Source of the DNA: Octopus sinensis
Lineage: Eukaryota
Direction of reading: 5' to 3'
Assembly (NCBI RefSeq): GCF_006345805.1
Contig: NC_043000.1
Span: 73,160,001-73,224,000, forward strand
DNA: 64,000 bases
Part shown: one piece after another, positions 49,736 through 62,959 of the stretch
Position numbering within the stretch: position 1 is the first letter of the stretch
Layout of the letters: every line of letters begins with the position of its first letter
Program-made: the position numbers and the translations under genes
Notes under the pieces: model-generated
What the model was told of the DNA's origin: nothing
Database searches by the model: none
What the model saw: the letters and a program-made list of their open reading frames with translations, nothing else

Positions 49736-51719
49736 CTCCTTCTGTCAAATTTAAGAACTATATTAGTTTTTATGTAAACAAACTTCCAATATATGCTTTT
49801 GGTGCGAATGGTTTTGTTATTTTATAATCCTGTAAATAATAATAATGGTATTTTTATGTAAGCTTGAAGCTTATGGCAATCACCGCGCAATGGCTAAGGA
49901 AAATAGTCTAATATACACTAATAAACACACATATATATGTAGATATATAGATATATTCACATTTTGAGGATGTAATTTCCTCTTAAGGGATTGTTAATAA
50001 CAATCCAGATATCAACTGGTTTTTATCAAATATATTGAAAGAAAGTTCCTCAATATATATGTGTTAACAGTCTAATAAATTATAAAGTTAATAAAAGAAA
50101 ATGAAGAAAAAATATAATAGATACTTGGTTCATTTTATTTATATCACAATGGAAAAGTAATGCAAAGTAAAAGTGATACCTATAAGAATAAGGATAAAAG
50201 AAACCATATCAACAAGAAATATCCGGAAAAAATCCTACATATATTTCAATCCAACAGTATGTTTGAATCATCAACATTCGAACGAATATACATGTAGTAA
50301 ACGATATATTGCCGGGTATCTTCAGGGAAAAGTAAGTATATTTTCTGGTCTTGAATTAGGAAATAACTAATCTGAGGACTGTGTTTAGAAATTTTCAAAT
50401 GTAAACAACTTATTATGATGCAGAGTTCATGTGATTAGATATTCATCATTGAATATTTATCTAATATTGATCGTTGAAATGTTGCTAAAACATCAAATGC
50501 ATTTGAAAAATATATATTTATAAAAGTTTATAAACTTAGTTAAAAGGGTTTCTTAAATAACACAGGCATTTTCATATATTTTGTAGAATTTTACATTGAT
50601 GATATCATTCGTATTTCAACTAAAAATTCGTCAACTCTGTTCTCAACCTTGATGAAGCCGTTAAATACTCGACTCAGTTCATGGAATGCCCACATTCGAG
50701 CATTGCACGTTAGGTGACCATGGGGAAAAGCAGGATTTGTAATGTTAGGCCCTTTTACCTCCATTATTTTACATATCTGCTTTTTTTTAATTTCAAGCGT
50801 AAAATATTCATTTCCCTTATGATTCTAAATTTGCTCTTTCCCTTCCTATTTTACTAATCTGTTGGAGTTATTTAACTTCCAGATTTGATCCACAACTACA
50901 TCATATTATTGCTTCAATCATCTCCCCCAATCCAAATAAAGAAAAAAAAATTATTACTTTATTGATATTTAAATCAAACATGGTCCACATTCTGCAATAC
51001 ATACATTGCAACTGTGGTTTCACTTTTTTCATTTTGCCATATTTATTTTCAATGCTTTTGCTTTGAAATACATTGAAAAACAAATGAAGTTGATTTTAGT
51101 TGACAAATATTTGTTCGCCACAGTTGATTATTTTTGAGCATTCTTACAGTAAGGCAGGTGTTTGTGCGATTTTTACCTTTTGCACTATTGATCGAAAAGG
51201 TCGATAATGTGCATTTAATTGTGCACATGCACGTACAAAATTGATAAACTCCAGTGCTTGAGTCATTTGGCTATATTGGATTTCACTTTGCACTTTTTGC
51301 TTGCAACAAGATATATGCATTTTTTGAGGTTTACAAGAACTTCATATTCATATTTGATCATTACCGTTCGGCTCATTCGGATTTCACTTTGCACTATTTT
51401 TGGAAGTTTACAACATCTTCTTTGTCATACAGGAAGTTAATTTAGATGAATTCAGATTGGATTATGTATGGGTTATCATGTTAAATGTTAGGATTACCAC
51501 TTTCTTATTGAGGTTGTTACTTTTTTAATTAAGTATTTCATCTTAATTTAAAGGATCTTTTATAGATATTAAATTTTTAAATTGTCATTTTAGTTTTTGC
51601 ATACCATTATTTGTTGCAGTAATTGCATTCATTCTATGGAGGATACACTTCATTACTTATTTGCCAATTTACCTTAAAACAGGCACGTAGTGACTAGACT
51701 ATGTTTCTGACAAACATTA

Positions 51720-54346
51720 TTAAGTAGCAAACTAAGATATTGCCTTAGCAGATTGTCGGCCGGTGCAGAAAGAGCAAAGCAGCATTGAGCCAATGAAAAG
51801 GAGGAGCAGAGAATAGCCAGGTTATCCAGTTTGGTTGCCTACAATGTCAGATTCATTTCACAAACACCTCAACCAAACTCAGCAGAAAAACTTGTGGCCC
51901 GTAGGGTCAAAAATGCACAATCCACTGCTGCATCATGAGCAAATGAGTCTCCAGAAGAACGTGCTATTTGGTTAGTGTGGAATGCTGCCACAACCACTGA
52001 GGAGGCCCCACAACAGCATGCAGTCCTACAAAAAGCAATGCTGTGGCAACTGCTGCCTCAAGGGTTGCAGAGACACCACAAAAGTGCACAGTCCGTACAA
52101 CACGTACTGCTATGACTACTGTTGCCTCAAGGGCTGCAGAGACCTCACAACATTGCGCACTCCATACAATACATAATGCTGTGGAGACACCACAACAATG
52201 TGCAATCTGTACAACATGCAGTGCTGTGGTAACTGCTGCCTCAAGGGCTGCGGAGACACCACAACAGTATGCAGTCCATACAACATGCAATGCTATGGCT
52301 ACTGCTGCCTCGAGAGCTGCAGAGACTCATGAACAACGCACTCACCACTAGGCTTCCAATTGTGTTTCTAGGACTGTTGCGATAGCTTCCGAAACATTGA
52401 TTCAAAGAACTACCAGACTACAAACAAATGCTAACCATAAAGCTGTTCTGTGTGGTGCATCAAAGCTTACAAGGCATAGATGGGCTTTCAAAGCCTTCCA
52501 TTATGACACCTCTGAAAATTATGCTGCACACAAAAATGTTGTCATTGGGTCTATGTCCAGTACCTGTCTACACAGTAAAGCACAAATGTGGCCGGCAGAG
52601 CCTGTTGGTTTATACTGTTCAAATGGAAAGGTTTGTCTGCCCGAAATAACTGACACTTCACAGCCCTTAAAGTCCCTTCTAATTGATGAGTAGCTCCAAT
52701 CTCAACATTTCATGAACCGAATATGGGGTATAATTCTGCATATCAAATGACAAGTTTTGGTCAAAGCCCATTTCTTATTGAAACTTCAATCCCACTTTCA
52801 CAATTTAGGGTCAAACTTACCATTTAATTGGTTCACTACTACCTACAGAGGCCTTACAGCATAATTTCCTTCAAATATACTTCATGGGATCCGAGAGTGA
52901 TCAAATTGCATGTAGGGCTTGTTGCTCCAGGCACAAAAATGGCAGTCCTAAGACAGGATATGCTTCATGAGCACAGCCAGTACATCAACCAATTTAAAAT
53001 GGCCATTCAACGACGTAGGGCTGATAATACCAACTTTAAAGTTGTTATTAGAAGTGACAGGACTCACATTGGGGGACATCACTGCTGTTTCAATCGACCT
53101 GAAACTGAGGAGGTTGCTATTTTGCTTTGTAGTCCTGATGTAACTTTTTGGAAAGAGATATCATCCTTGAATGGCAAGACTCCTGCCTCCAGAAGATCAA
53201 TGAATTAAATCCAGCCTATGATGCCCTTCAATATCCCCAACTCTTTCCATATGTAGAGGATGGATACAGTCCAGAAATTTCTACCATAGTGCCTTCAACA
53301 CACCAACCAGCACACCCCACAAAAATGGTTTCCCAAATGAACTTCTATAGTTACAGATTAGTGGTTAGGACAAACATCTTCAACAGCCTCCATAGAGCAG
53401 GGGCACTACTGAACCAGTACTGTATGGATAAGATAAGATTTACCCACCTTTCAGCCATTTCTACCAAATTTTAAAAAAGTTCTTCCATTAACCTGCTGAT
53501 TCATTTAACTTGCAGATTGACTTCTTTGAATGCACCTTAATCAAAACACCTCTGAGCAGATGAATATGCCAAAGTTCGAGATGAGGTCAATGGCAATGAC
53601 TATGCAACCACTACTAAACTAGGGTATCCAGTCATCTTGCCATCGTCCTTCACAGGTGGCCTGAGATATATGCATGAAACAATGCAGGATGCTCTTACAT
53701 ACGTTCGTCTCTACAATTGCACTAACTTTTTTATAATGTTGCCCTGCAACCCCAAATGGGAGGATATCAAAATGAGCTTACTTCCAGGACAATAACCAGC
53801 AGACTGCCATGACATCACTGCACGCGTTTTTCATCTCAAGGTTTGTAAAATGATTGATTTGTTTAAATGTGGTGAATTTTTTGGGCTTATCAAATGTTTT
53901 ATCTACACTATTGAATGGCAAAATCGGGGTCTCCCTCACGTCCACATCTTACTATGGCTCCAAAGTAAACTTCAACCTTTAGACGTGGACACAGTAATAA
54001 GTGTGGAATTTCCAAATCCCAATGAAGACTCCCTGCTCTACAACATTATTTGGAAGAATATAGTTCATGGGCTGTGTGGGTACTTCAATGCAACGTCTTC
54101 ATGCATGGCAGATGGAAAATGCACTAATAAATATCCCTGCAAGCTTTTGGCGGAGACAGAAGCAGGTGAATACAGGTTTCACCGAAGAGCTCCTTAAAGT
54201 TGTTGGACTAGGTCTTTGAATGCATTGCTTTTGACAAGGACAGTTCCATGGTGACTTTTCCAGAGTTGGCAATCCAGACAACCTTTTCATTTACGCTTCT
54301 GAAGGCAAAACCAAAAAATGTTGTATACAAAGCTGTCCTGCAATAA
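51720..54346 (+). mobile_element. Decayed, internally deleted autonomous Helitron (STPR-like repeats and Rep; helicase mostly lost)
   Basis: SRAAET repeats; IGSM..C..C.A..WPAEPVG.YCSNGKV.LP; YSYRLVVR..LLNQYCMD; ILPSSFTGG.RYM; YTIEWQNRGLPHVHILLWL; terminal KTKNVVYKAVLQ*. Confidence 0.9.
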
Positions 54347-54380
54347 ACCTACAAAGACATATTTTTTTACCACCTCTACT

Positions 54381-54650
54381 GCATGGCTCAGTGGTTAGAG
54401 TGTTGAGCTTACGATCGCGAGGTTGTGAGTTTGATTCCCGGACCGGGTTCCATGTTGTGTTCTTGAGTAAGACACTTTATTTCACGTTGCTCCAGTTAAC
54501 TCAGCTGTAGAAATGAGTTGTGACATCACTGGTGCCAAGCTGTATCAGCCTTTGCCTTTCCCTTGGATAACATCAGTGGCGTTGAGACGGGAGGCTGGTA
54601 TTCATGGGCGACTGCTGGCCTTCCATAAGCAAGCTTGCCTGGACTTGTGC
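54381..54650 (+). mobile_element. tRNA-derived SINE (family C)
   Basis: GCATGGCTCAGTGGTTAGAG (A box), GTTTGATTCCC (B box), CTTGAGTAAGACACTTTA core. Confidence 0.8.
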
Positions 54651-55866
54651 CAGCACAAACATAGGTGCTGAGCCAGTAACTAAACTTGTAGTAATTTGTT
54701 GGGATTACTTCAAGGAATTGACAGTAAGCTTCTATCAGAATCGTTTACTTTTAAAGCAGAAAAAAAAAAAAATCCGATGTATACGATAGGTATGTAAAAT
54801 ACATTTTGTGTACTTCTTTCTCTGTTCATTCAGATAAGCTGTAGAAATTGTTGCATTCATGCACACACAAAAACAAAAGTTCTCCAGATATTTAGCTGTT
54901 ATTTTTTGCATATCGAGTTTCGTGACGAGAGCTTCACATGCAGTGATCCTTTTGCTGTTTCACTATAAATCTACACATGCGGAAACGGACTAAACAGTTG
55001 TTCATTTTCACTTTTAGACAGCGGGATGGGTGGCAAGGGGAGTGTTAATCAATTTCGAAGTTTTTCATACAAAATATGAAATTAGATTGAAAAAAGAATT
55101 TCGAAAAAAGGTTAAAAATTAAAAATTTGGGGGTGGAATTTAAAATTTTGAAAATGCGTTTTATTGCTTATTCGGAATCTCCGTCATCAAAAACATGAAT
55201 TGGGTAAGAAAAAAACCCCCCCCAAAAAACCCGCTTTAGTGACTGAGCGCTAAACTAGATCCTGAAAGTTATGAGGGAAGAAAACGGATCGTGTGAACTT
55301 TCCGACAATCCTCTCCCCATCCCTTCGGAAAACATTTTCCCCACAAATTTCTTTATAATCGTAATCTATGCTGTTTCAAAGGTGTTTCTGCAAAATTTCA
55401 TCAAAAGATATTCATTTTCCTTAAAGTTATGAGGGAAAAAATCGGATCTTGTGAATTTTCCGAAAGTCCCCTCCCAACCCACGTTCGTTTGCGCAAATTT
55501 TTTTTTATATATTTGTTTTCTACACAGTTATTAACAGCCGGCAAGCTGGGCTTTTTTTAAAAACTTTTGTTTCCGTTAACGGGAGTCATTCTTTATATTA
55601 ACCGAAAAATCTTATTACCAATTTTATTTAGTGTTATTAGCGGTCAACATACAAATAAACTTTCTCTTTATAAGTATATAGATATTTATTCCAGGGAAGC
55701 TTCTTTTTTTCATTATTAAACTTTAAAATTATTATAAATTTTGTTTATGCCTATATCTTTCGAAACATAAAACATTTATTTTATTTTTCAAGACGTATGG
55801 ATTCTTGACATCAAAAGCAAAATGCTAACGTGTTTGTGTAGTAGATGAAGGAAAAACTCGTCTTAC

Positions 55867-56454
55867 CTGCATTATGAGTGGTTCGGGATTAACAATGTTT
55901 GTAGTTATCAAATGAAGAAGATTGTTAACAGATTTATCGTCTGGAAGAGTCAATTTATCAACATAATGCTTTAAAATGCTTTTGTACAGTCTCTGTGATG
56001 GGCAGCGAAATAAATCAGAAGACAGCATAAGCAACGGTCGAATAGCTTCCAGCACATCAAACTCATGGCTAGCAAGCAGTTTTTTGAAGGACTTCTTCAC
56101 GTTACAATTGTCACTTGTGGAATTCGATATAATTCGACATATTTCTTTTCTAGCTTGATAAATTTCAAAATCATGTCCAAGTTTCTTAAGTACAATACTT
56201 TTATTGTTATAATGAGCAAAGTAGACGTTTTTCACATTGGCAAACTGGAAAATCATCAATGATGATAATGTGTTGAGCACGACAGAACCATTCAATAGCG
56301 GACGACAGAAGTCTTCACCGTAGCAAACAGGACACAACTCAACGTCTGTCAGTTGATGATTAACTATAGTAAACTTAAATGCGATCAAGAAAAATAAAGT
56401 AACTAATAGAAATAATTTAAGTCTCTTTATAATGCAAATTATCTTTCGCAACAT
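55867..56454 (-). CDS. DIPK2A: DIPK2A homologue, exon 1 (signal anchor and N-lobe)
   Basis: ATG at 56454, 196 codons ending ATGCAG|gtaaga. Hydrophobic anchor, CPVCYGEDFC, NVKNVYFA, IVLKKLGH, RCPSQRL and VNPEPLIMQ are all DIA1/DIPK2A motifs. The four exons join to 404 aa. Confidence 0.95.
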
Positions 56455-56665
56455 GTTTATTATTATTATTATTAGATTATCTTAATCTTTTTGTTACAAT
56501 TTCAATGAATACGAAGACACTAGTCCAAAAATAGCTTGGTATATATAAAAAAGAAAAACATATTTTCATTTATCCGATGGTTGGTAAGCATGCTCCAGTA
56601 ATTTATATATACATACATACATACAGATAGATAGATAATACAATATAATGATTGAAGAAGTGCGG

Positions 56666-57939
56666 GGCGATGTTACGGTATAAGTACCGGTGTACTTCCG
56701 GAAGTACCGGATACATTGAAATAAGTGGGGTTTTTTTATATATGGGGGGGGGGTCCATATATAAAAAAAATGGCAATCTTTCGTCTCTAGTACACCTTTC
56801 CGTAAAAAACTTTTTTTTTTTACATATGGGCTTGCGGGAACTTTTGAAGTAATGAGAGCGAAAGAGACTAAGAGAAAGCGATTGTATGACGAGGGAAGTT
56901 CTTTTGAAGTTACCGTCCAGGGGATGCATTGATGTACATGTGTGTGTGTGTGTTTGATGGGGTGTGGGAGACAGACAGTATGTTGTGTAAGTGAAGTGCT
57001 TCTGTTAGTGTGTGTGAAGAGACAGAGTAATGTGTGAAAGAGAGATAACTGAAATTTTTTACTCGGTGTATGTGTATATGTATGTGTGTGTATGTATCTA
57101 TGTATGTGTGTGTATGTATGTGTGTGTATGTATGTGCGTGTGTATGTATGTATGTATGAATGGCCGATTCAGTGTTTACATTATTTCGAGTTAAAACGAA
57201 AGATTACCTTTGCCTGTTTATGTAACGGTCTGCTATGTAGAAAATAATGAGGTTGACTCAATGGAATAATGACAGTGATCGAAGATATAGACAAATTTTT
57301 TTTTTATTTAATCGTTATACATGCCTTGTCGACTGCTACTGTGCAGCCTTAATGTCTCTGTTGATGTGACGATGGTGAAATGGTAAGAAAAAGACGGGAG
57401 AGTCATTATTCCATTGAGTCAACCTCATTATTTTCTACATAGTAGACCGTTACATAAACAGGCAAAGTAATCTTTCGTTTTAACTCGAAATAATGTAAAC
57501 ACTGAATCGACCATACATACATACAAACACACACACATACATAGATACATACACACACACACATACATACATATACACATACACCGAGTAAAAAATTTTA
57601 GTTACCTCTCTGTCTCTTCACACACACTAACAGAAGCACTTCACTTACATAACATACTTTGTCTCCCACACCCCATCAAACACACACACGTGTACATCAA
57701 TGCTTCCCATGCACGGTAACTTCAAAAGAACTTCCCTCGTCATACAATCGCTTTCTCTTAGTCTCTTTCGCTCTCATTACTTCAAAAGTTCCCGCAAGCC
57801 CATATGTAAAAAAAAAAGAAGATTTTTAGGGAAATCGACGGAAAGGTCTACTAGAGACGAAAGATTGCCAAAAAAATACCTTTTTGAAATGTATCCGGTA
57901 CTTCCGGAAGTACACCGGTACTTATACCGTAACATCGCC
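56666..57939. repeat. Long inverted repeat / fold-back element (arms ~608 and ~538 bp, 128-bp spacer)
   Basis: 56666-57273 is the reverse complement of 57402-57939, with indels mainly in the microsatellite parts. Confidence 0.93.
56692..56707. promoter_or_regulatory. 16-bp palindrome with back-to-back ETS (CCGGAAGT) motifs; second copy at 57898-57913
   Basis: GTACTTCCGGAAGTAC, ~240 bp upstream of the DIPK2A ATG. Function is not shown. Confidence 0.4.
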
Positions 57940-58509
57940 TATAAATGAATATTAAAATATATATGTATGTATGTATCAAATGAAATAAAAAACAGAACAC
58001 AAAGGATGTCGCGGTACGCGTGTTTCGAGCTTTATAAAACAACTTATTCTTACATCAATGTATAATCGACATAACAGATAGTTTAAAATCCTATTCAGCT
58101 GCATGCAATTGCTACACCAAAGACTTGTATCACATTATGAAAGGTCCCTAAAAGAAAATTTGGTATCATTTATAATGGTAGGTAAATTGAGTATCACTGA
58201 GAAAGTATGTTTGTAAATCTTCATAATCAAATAGGTGTACAGGGTATTATTGGACTCCAAAAATACGTCCATACCGTTTTCTCATTCAATATAGAGTGAA
58301 TGCTGGGTAGATTCCAGTTGGTTTCATTCCTCTTATAAGGGAAGGAAATAAGGAGGATGAGAAAAAAGAGAAAGGAAAGGAAAAAGAAGAATAGAGGGGA
58401 AGAGAAGGAAACGGTAATGATGTTGGGATCACAAGAAAGTATAAATATAAATATAAGTGGATATAATACAATAAAATATAATAAAAGATAAAGATATAAA
58501 GAACGTCAG

Positions 58510-59997
58510 GTATAAGCCAACTTTCTCTATTCTTCCAATTCTGTCTTGACAATGGTGTTACTCCAGAACAGTGGAAAACTGCCAGTGTCATCCCTCTGTT
58601 CAAAAAAGGCGACCGCACATCGCCTGTCAACTATCGCCCCGTCAGTCTTACCAGCTGCATCGCCAAACTGATGGAATCCTGTATCAGAGAAACCCTCTGG
58701 AACTTCTGGAAGTCTCACAGCCTCATCCAGCCGTCACAATTCGGATTTATTCCTAACTCCAGCTGCTGTAATCAACTCATCGAGTTTCTTGAGGATGTTA
58801 CCCAAATCACTGATCGCGGATCCTGGGTGGATGTTGTTTACCTGGACTTTGCTAAGGCTTTTAACTCTGTGCCACACAAAAGACTTATGGTGAAGCTTTC
58901 TGCGTTGGGTGTAAGAGACGAACTCTATAACTGGTTAAAGTCCTTTATTTTCGGCCGAAAAGAGGTTGTCACAGTTCTAGGACAGCACTCTGGTGTGCTG
59001 CAGGGATCTGTTCTTGGCCCCCTTTTATTTGTTGCATATGTTAATGACATAGATGCCAACTTAAAGAATGCCACAGTGCTGAAATATGCAGATGACATCA
59101 AGCTGTACCTCGAAATAAAGAGGTCAAATCCTATACACTATGGATCTCTATTGCAAGCAGACCTGGACACAATGCAGCAGTGGATCATGGACTAGCAACT
59201 CAAGCTGGCTGTGGACAAATGTACCACCATGCATTTTGGGAGGAGAAACCCAGCGTCCACCTACTCCCTCCACAACACTAGTCTCAAAAAGTCTTCAAGT
59301 GAACGTGACCTGGGTGTTATTGTCGACAGTGATTTGCGTTGGACAAAACACATCGCCAAAATTGTCAAGAAGGCTGAGAGTGTCTTGGCATCACTCACCA
59401 AATCCTTTGTGAGTCGCTCTCCGGCTATCTATCTGCGGCTTTATATAGCTATGGTAAGACTTCACCTGGAATTTGCATCACCGGTCTGGAACCCCTATCT
59501 TGCCCAGGACATCAATCGTCTGGAAGCTGTTCAGCGACGTGCAACCTCCATCAGGCATTTGCCATATCCTGAACGCCTTACCTCCCTGGGCATGGACACA
59601 TTGAAACTCCGACGTCTGGCAGCTGACCTGGCAGACACCCATAAAATTATCAACCATCGCACAAACAATAACACTGAGCACCTCTTCAAACTCCACCCAT
59701 CTAACACCCGTGGACATATTTACAAAGTAAGAAAACAGCACAGCTCCCATGACTTCAGGAAACATTTTTTCACGCTGAGAGTTGCTGAAGCGTGGAACAA
59801 ACTGCCGGCATCGGTTGTTAGTTGTCAGAGCACTGCATTCTTCAAGACTTCCATGCTTCCTGAAATTCGCCAACACTACACTTGATTTTCTCCCCTCCAT
59901 ACACACACAAGCATGTTCACTTTCTAGACATTTCTACATTGACAAGTTGTGGTGCACCTGAGCACTGTATACAATAATTTCATTATTATTATTATTA
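58510..59997 (+). mobile_element. 5'-truncated CR1-like LINE (RT domain, 3' UTR, (TTA)n tail)
   Basis: NYRPVSLTSCIAKLMES, YLDFAKAFNSVPH, QGSVLGPLLF, YADD. Same family as 364-1400. Confidence 0.95.
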
Positions 59998-60315
59998 AAT
60001 TCTAGAATTCTATTGTAAAAATGTAAAATGTACAAAAATAAAAAAAATAAAAAATAAAAATAAAATAAAAACAGAAAAAAAAAAACTAAATAAAAAGATA
60101 CAAAAGGATACAAAGCGATCCTAAAGACAAAAGGATTAAAATAGAGATAAGGAGTTAAAGTTTTGAAAGGGGAGTGAAATATGATATGTGTATGTATGTG
60201 TATGTATATATATATATATATATATATATGTAGGTCCCGGGTTGATTCGGGGTTAACCACAGTAAATAAGGTACTCAATACATAGCAGAGTAAATTTAAT
60301 TTATTATATAGAAGG

Positions 60316-60366
60316 AGCTTCTACAGGACTAGAACTGTTTCATTCAAGAGAAATCTTCAGGAAGCT
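60316..60366 (-). ncRNA. Degenerate type I hammerhead in a pseudo-LTR-like segment
   Basis: Minus: AGCUUC-CUGAAGA-UUUC-UCUU-GAAU-GAAA-CAG-UU-CUAG-UC-CUGUA-GAAGCU. The core is intact, but stem I is out of register by 5 nt. Confidence 0.45.
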
Positions 60367-60714
60367 AGTTAACAAGAATTGTATTGGCATTTATACATTT
60401 AGGCAGGTTTAAAGGGGTGTTGGTGGGGGACTTTTTGGGGGTAGGCATAGCTCAAAATATCATACTTGGGGGAGTGGTCAAGGAGTCAGTGTTAAATTAG
60501 ATAGAAGAATAAATAAAAAAATAAAAAAATAAAAATAAAAAATAAAAAAATAAAAAAATAAAAAAATAAAAATAAAAAATAAAAAAATAGCCTCTTCCAC
60601 TACTTAGAGAATATTTTCCCTCAGACATTGTTTACTCATAAAAATAATGGTCCTTTTACATACTGTATACTTGGTGAAATTGATTAATAACTAATTAACT
60701 TTACCCTCAATTGT

Positions 60715-61139
60715 TGATATATGTATGTGTGTGTATATATATGTGTGTGTATGTGTATATGTACATGTATGTATATATGTATATGTGTATGTATGTATGT
60801 ATGTATATATATATATATGTATATATATATGTATGTGTGTGTGTGTGTGTGTGTATATATGTATATATGTGTATATATATATATATGCATATATGTATGT
60901 GTGTGTATATGTGTATTATGTATGTGTATGTTTATATATATGTATGTATATGTATATGTATATGTATGTGTGTGTGTATATGTATATATGTGTATATATA
61001 TGAGTGTACGCGAGTATGTCGATGTATATGTAGGTATGTAGAGTTATGTGTATGTGCAGGTATGTGAGTGTAGATACAAATTGTAGATGTGTATATATAT
61101 ATGTGTGTGTGTATATATACATGTATATGGGTATATGTA

Positions 61140-61180
<41 letters not shown>

Positions 61181-61269
61181 GCGAGTATGTAGAGATATAA
61201 GTATGTGCATGTGTATATGTATATGTGTGTATATATATGTATGGGTATGTGTATGTGTATGTATGTATG

Positions 61270-61304
<35 letters not shown>

Positions 61305-61785
61305 GTATGCATATACGTATGTATGTATGTATGTATGTATGTATATGTGTATGTATATATGTGTGTATATATGTAAATGTAAGTGTGTGTGCTTGTATGA
61401 GAATGTATGTATGTTTGCACACATGTATATATGTGTGTGTATGTGTAGATGTATATGTATATGTGTATATATATATGTATATATATATATATATGTATGT
61501 ATATGTGTATGTATATATATGTGTATATGTGTGTGTGTGTATACATGTGTGTATGTGTATGTATGTATGTATATATATGCGTGTGTATGTGTATGTGTAT
61601 ATGTACATATACGCGTACGCTCGTGTGTTTATGTATATGTAGGTACGTAGAGTTATCTATGTGTGTATTTATATGTACATGTGTGTAAGTATGTATATAT
61701 ATGTATATATGTATGTGTATGTGTGTGTGTGTATATATATATGTATGTATGTGTGTATGTGTATGTGTATGTGTATATATGTATG

Positions 61786-61830
<45 letters not shown>
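60715..61830. repeat. ~1.1-kb compound (TA)/(TG)/(TATG) microsatellite
   Basis: Alternating purine-pyrimidine simple repeats. Source of the spurious Y/I/C/V/H/T ORFs. Confidence 0.95.
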
Positions 61831-61832
<2 letters not shown>

Positions 61833-62278
61833 CTCTTATTATAAAAGGCAGATTTTATCTGCCTCCCTTTGGGAGTTATACAAATCTACAATATAGGATT
61901 TCTTCAATTACAATTTACCTAGCAGTTTTGAGAGTACAATGCATCGCGTCATGCCAGGTCCAGTTTTTAAAATTTAAACTCCAATTAAGCAAAATTTACA
62001 GAAAACTCACATTCTGGTGTGTGTGTCAAATGCTTTTCTTAGTCTGGTTTACACCACACGCAAACGCACACACACAGTGGGCAACGAATAAAATGAAAGT
62101 AAATAGCGACAGAGAGATTTGAGGAAGACTAAAGTGAAAGTATTCTGTCCATGACGCTGATAGATACATGAGTAAAATGTATGGGAAGCTAAGAGCTAAG
62201 AGTGAGTGAAAATGTTCTTGGAAGAGAGTAATTAGTAATAAAGTAAACATACACTCATACATACATACATACATACAT

Positions 62279-62309
<31 letters not shown>

Positions 62310-62339
62310 TACACACACACACATACATACATACACACA

Positions 62340-62371
<32 letters not shown>

Positions 62372-62519
62372 CATACATACATACACACACACACATACAC
62401 ACACACACAGTATTGAAGCTTGAGAACAATCAGATACATTTGCAACACATCTGTTGAAAATATTATTGTTCACACACATACACATACATATATACATACA
62501 GACAGATAGACACACACAC

Positions 62520-62945
62520 ACATGATCCAGCATGGCCACAACCTCAAGGCTGAAACATATAAAAGAATAACAGAATATAAATGTGTGCAAAGTACAAGAA
62601 ATATTAATGCAGTATATGGGGATTGGACAATAAGCGTAAGGCAGTGTCAATGGTGGTTCCAGAAATCCCGAGCCATAAACTACAGCCTAGAAGACGAGCC
62701 TCATCCTGAAAGATCTGTAGAACTCGACAAGGACATCCTGAAAACCCTGGTGGAACAAAATATCATCGTAACTGTTGAGGAACTAGCAGAGAAGCTTGGA
62801 TTTGGTCATTCAACCATTCATTGATACCTGTGTGCTATCGGAAAAGACAGCAAATTGGGTCAATGGGTTCCTCACGAACTTTCCGAGTCTAATTGCATGC
62901 AGAGAGTGAATGTATGCTTTTCTTTGCTGTCATATCTCACCACTA
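62520..62945 (+). mobile_element. Mariner fragment (same family as 41690-42630)
   Basis: RNINAVYGDWTISVRQCQWWFQK..YSLEDEP..KLGFGHSTIH..LGQWVPHEL. Ends just before the Helitron-like element. Confidence 0.88.
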
Positions 62946-62959
62946 CTGCGCTATGTATA

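Noticed and set aside
54381-54450. tRNA genes at SINE heads (also ~2950-3017, 3330-3393 and 49660-49735)
   Set aside because: A/B boxes are present but no complete cloverleaf or acceptor stem, and each continues into a SINE body.
54651-54683. Possible 3' end of the large Helitron (CAGCAC/GTGCTG hairpin then CTAA)
   Set aside because: The hairpin is short and is not followed by T, and the SINE boundary confounds it.
55825-55866. C-terminal extension VRRVFPSSTTQTR of ORF 55825-56454
   Set aside because: It lies past a strong CAG|GTAAGA donor. DIPK2A homology continues in exon 2 at 41400.
60684-62650. Many long ORFs rich in Y/I/C/V/M/H/T (also at 36057-36384, 42957-43217 and 63631-63927)
   Set aside because: They are translations of TA/TG/TATG microsatellites, which lack stop codons in most frames.
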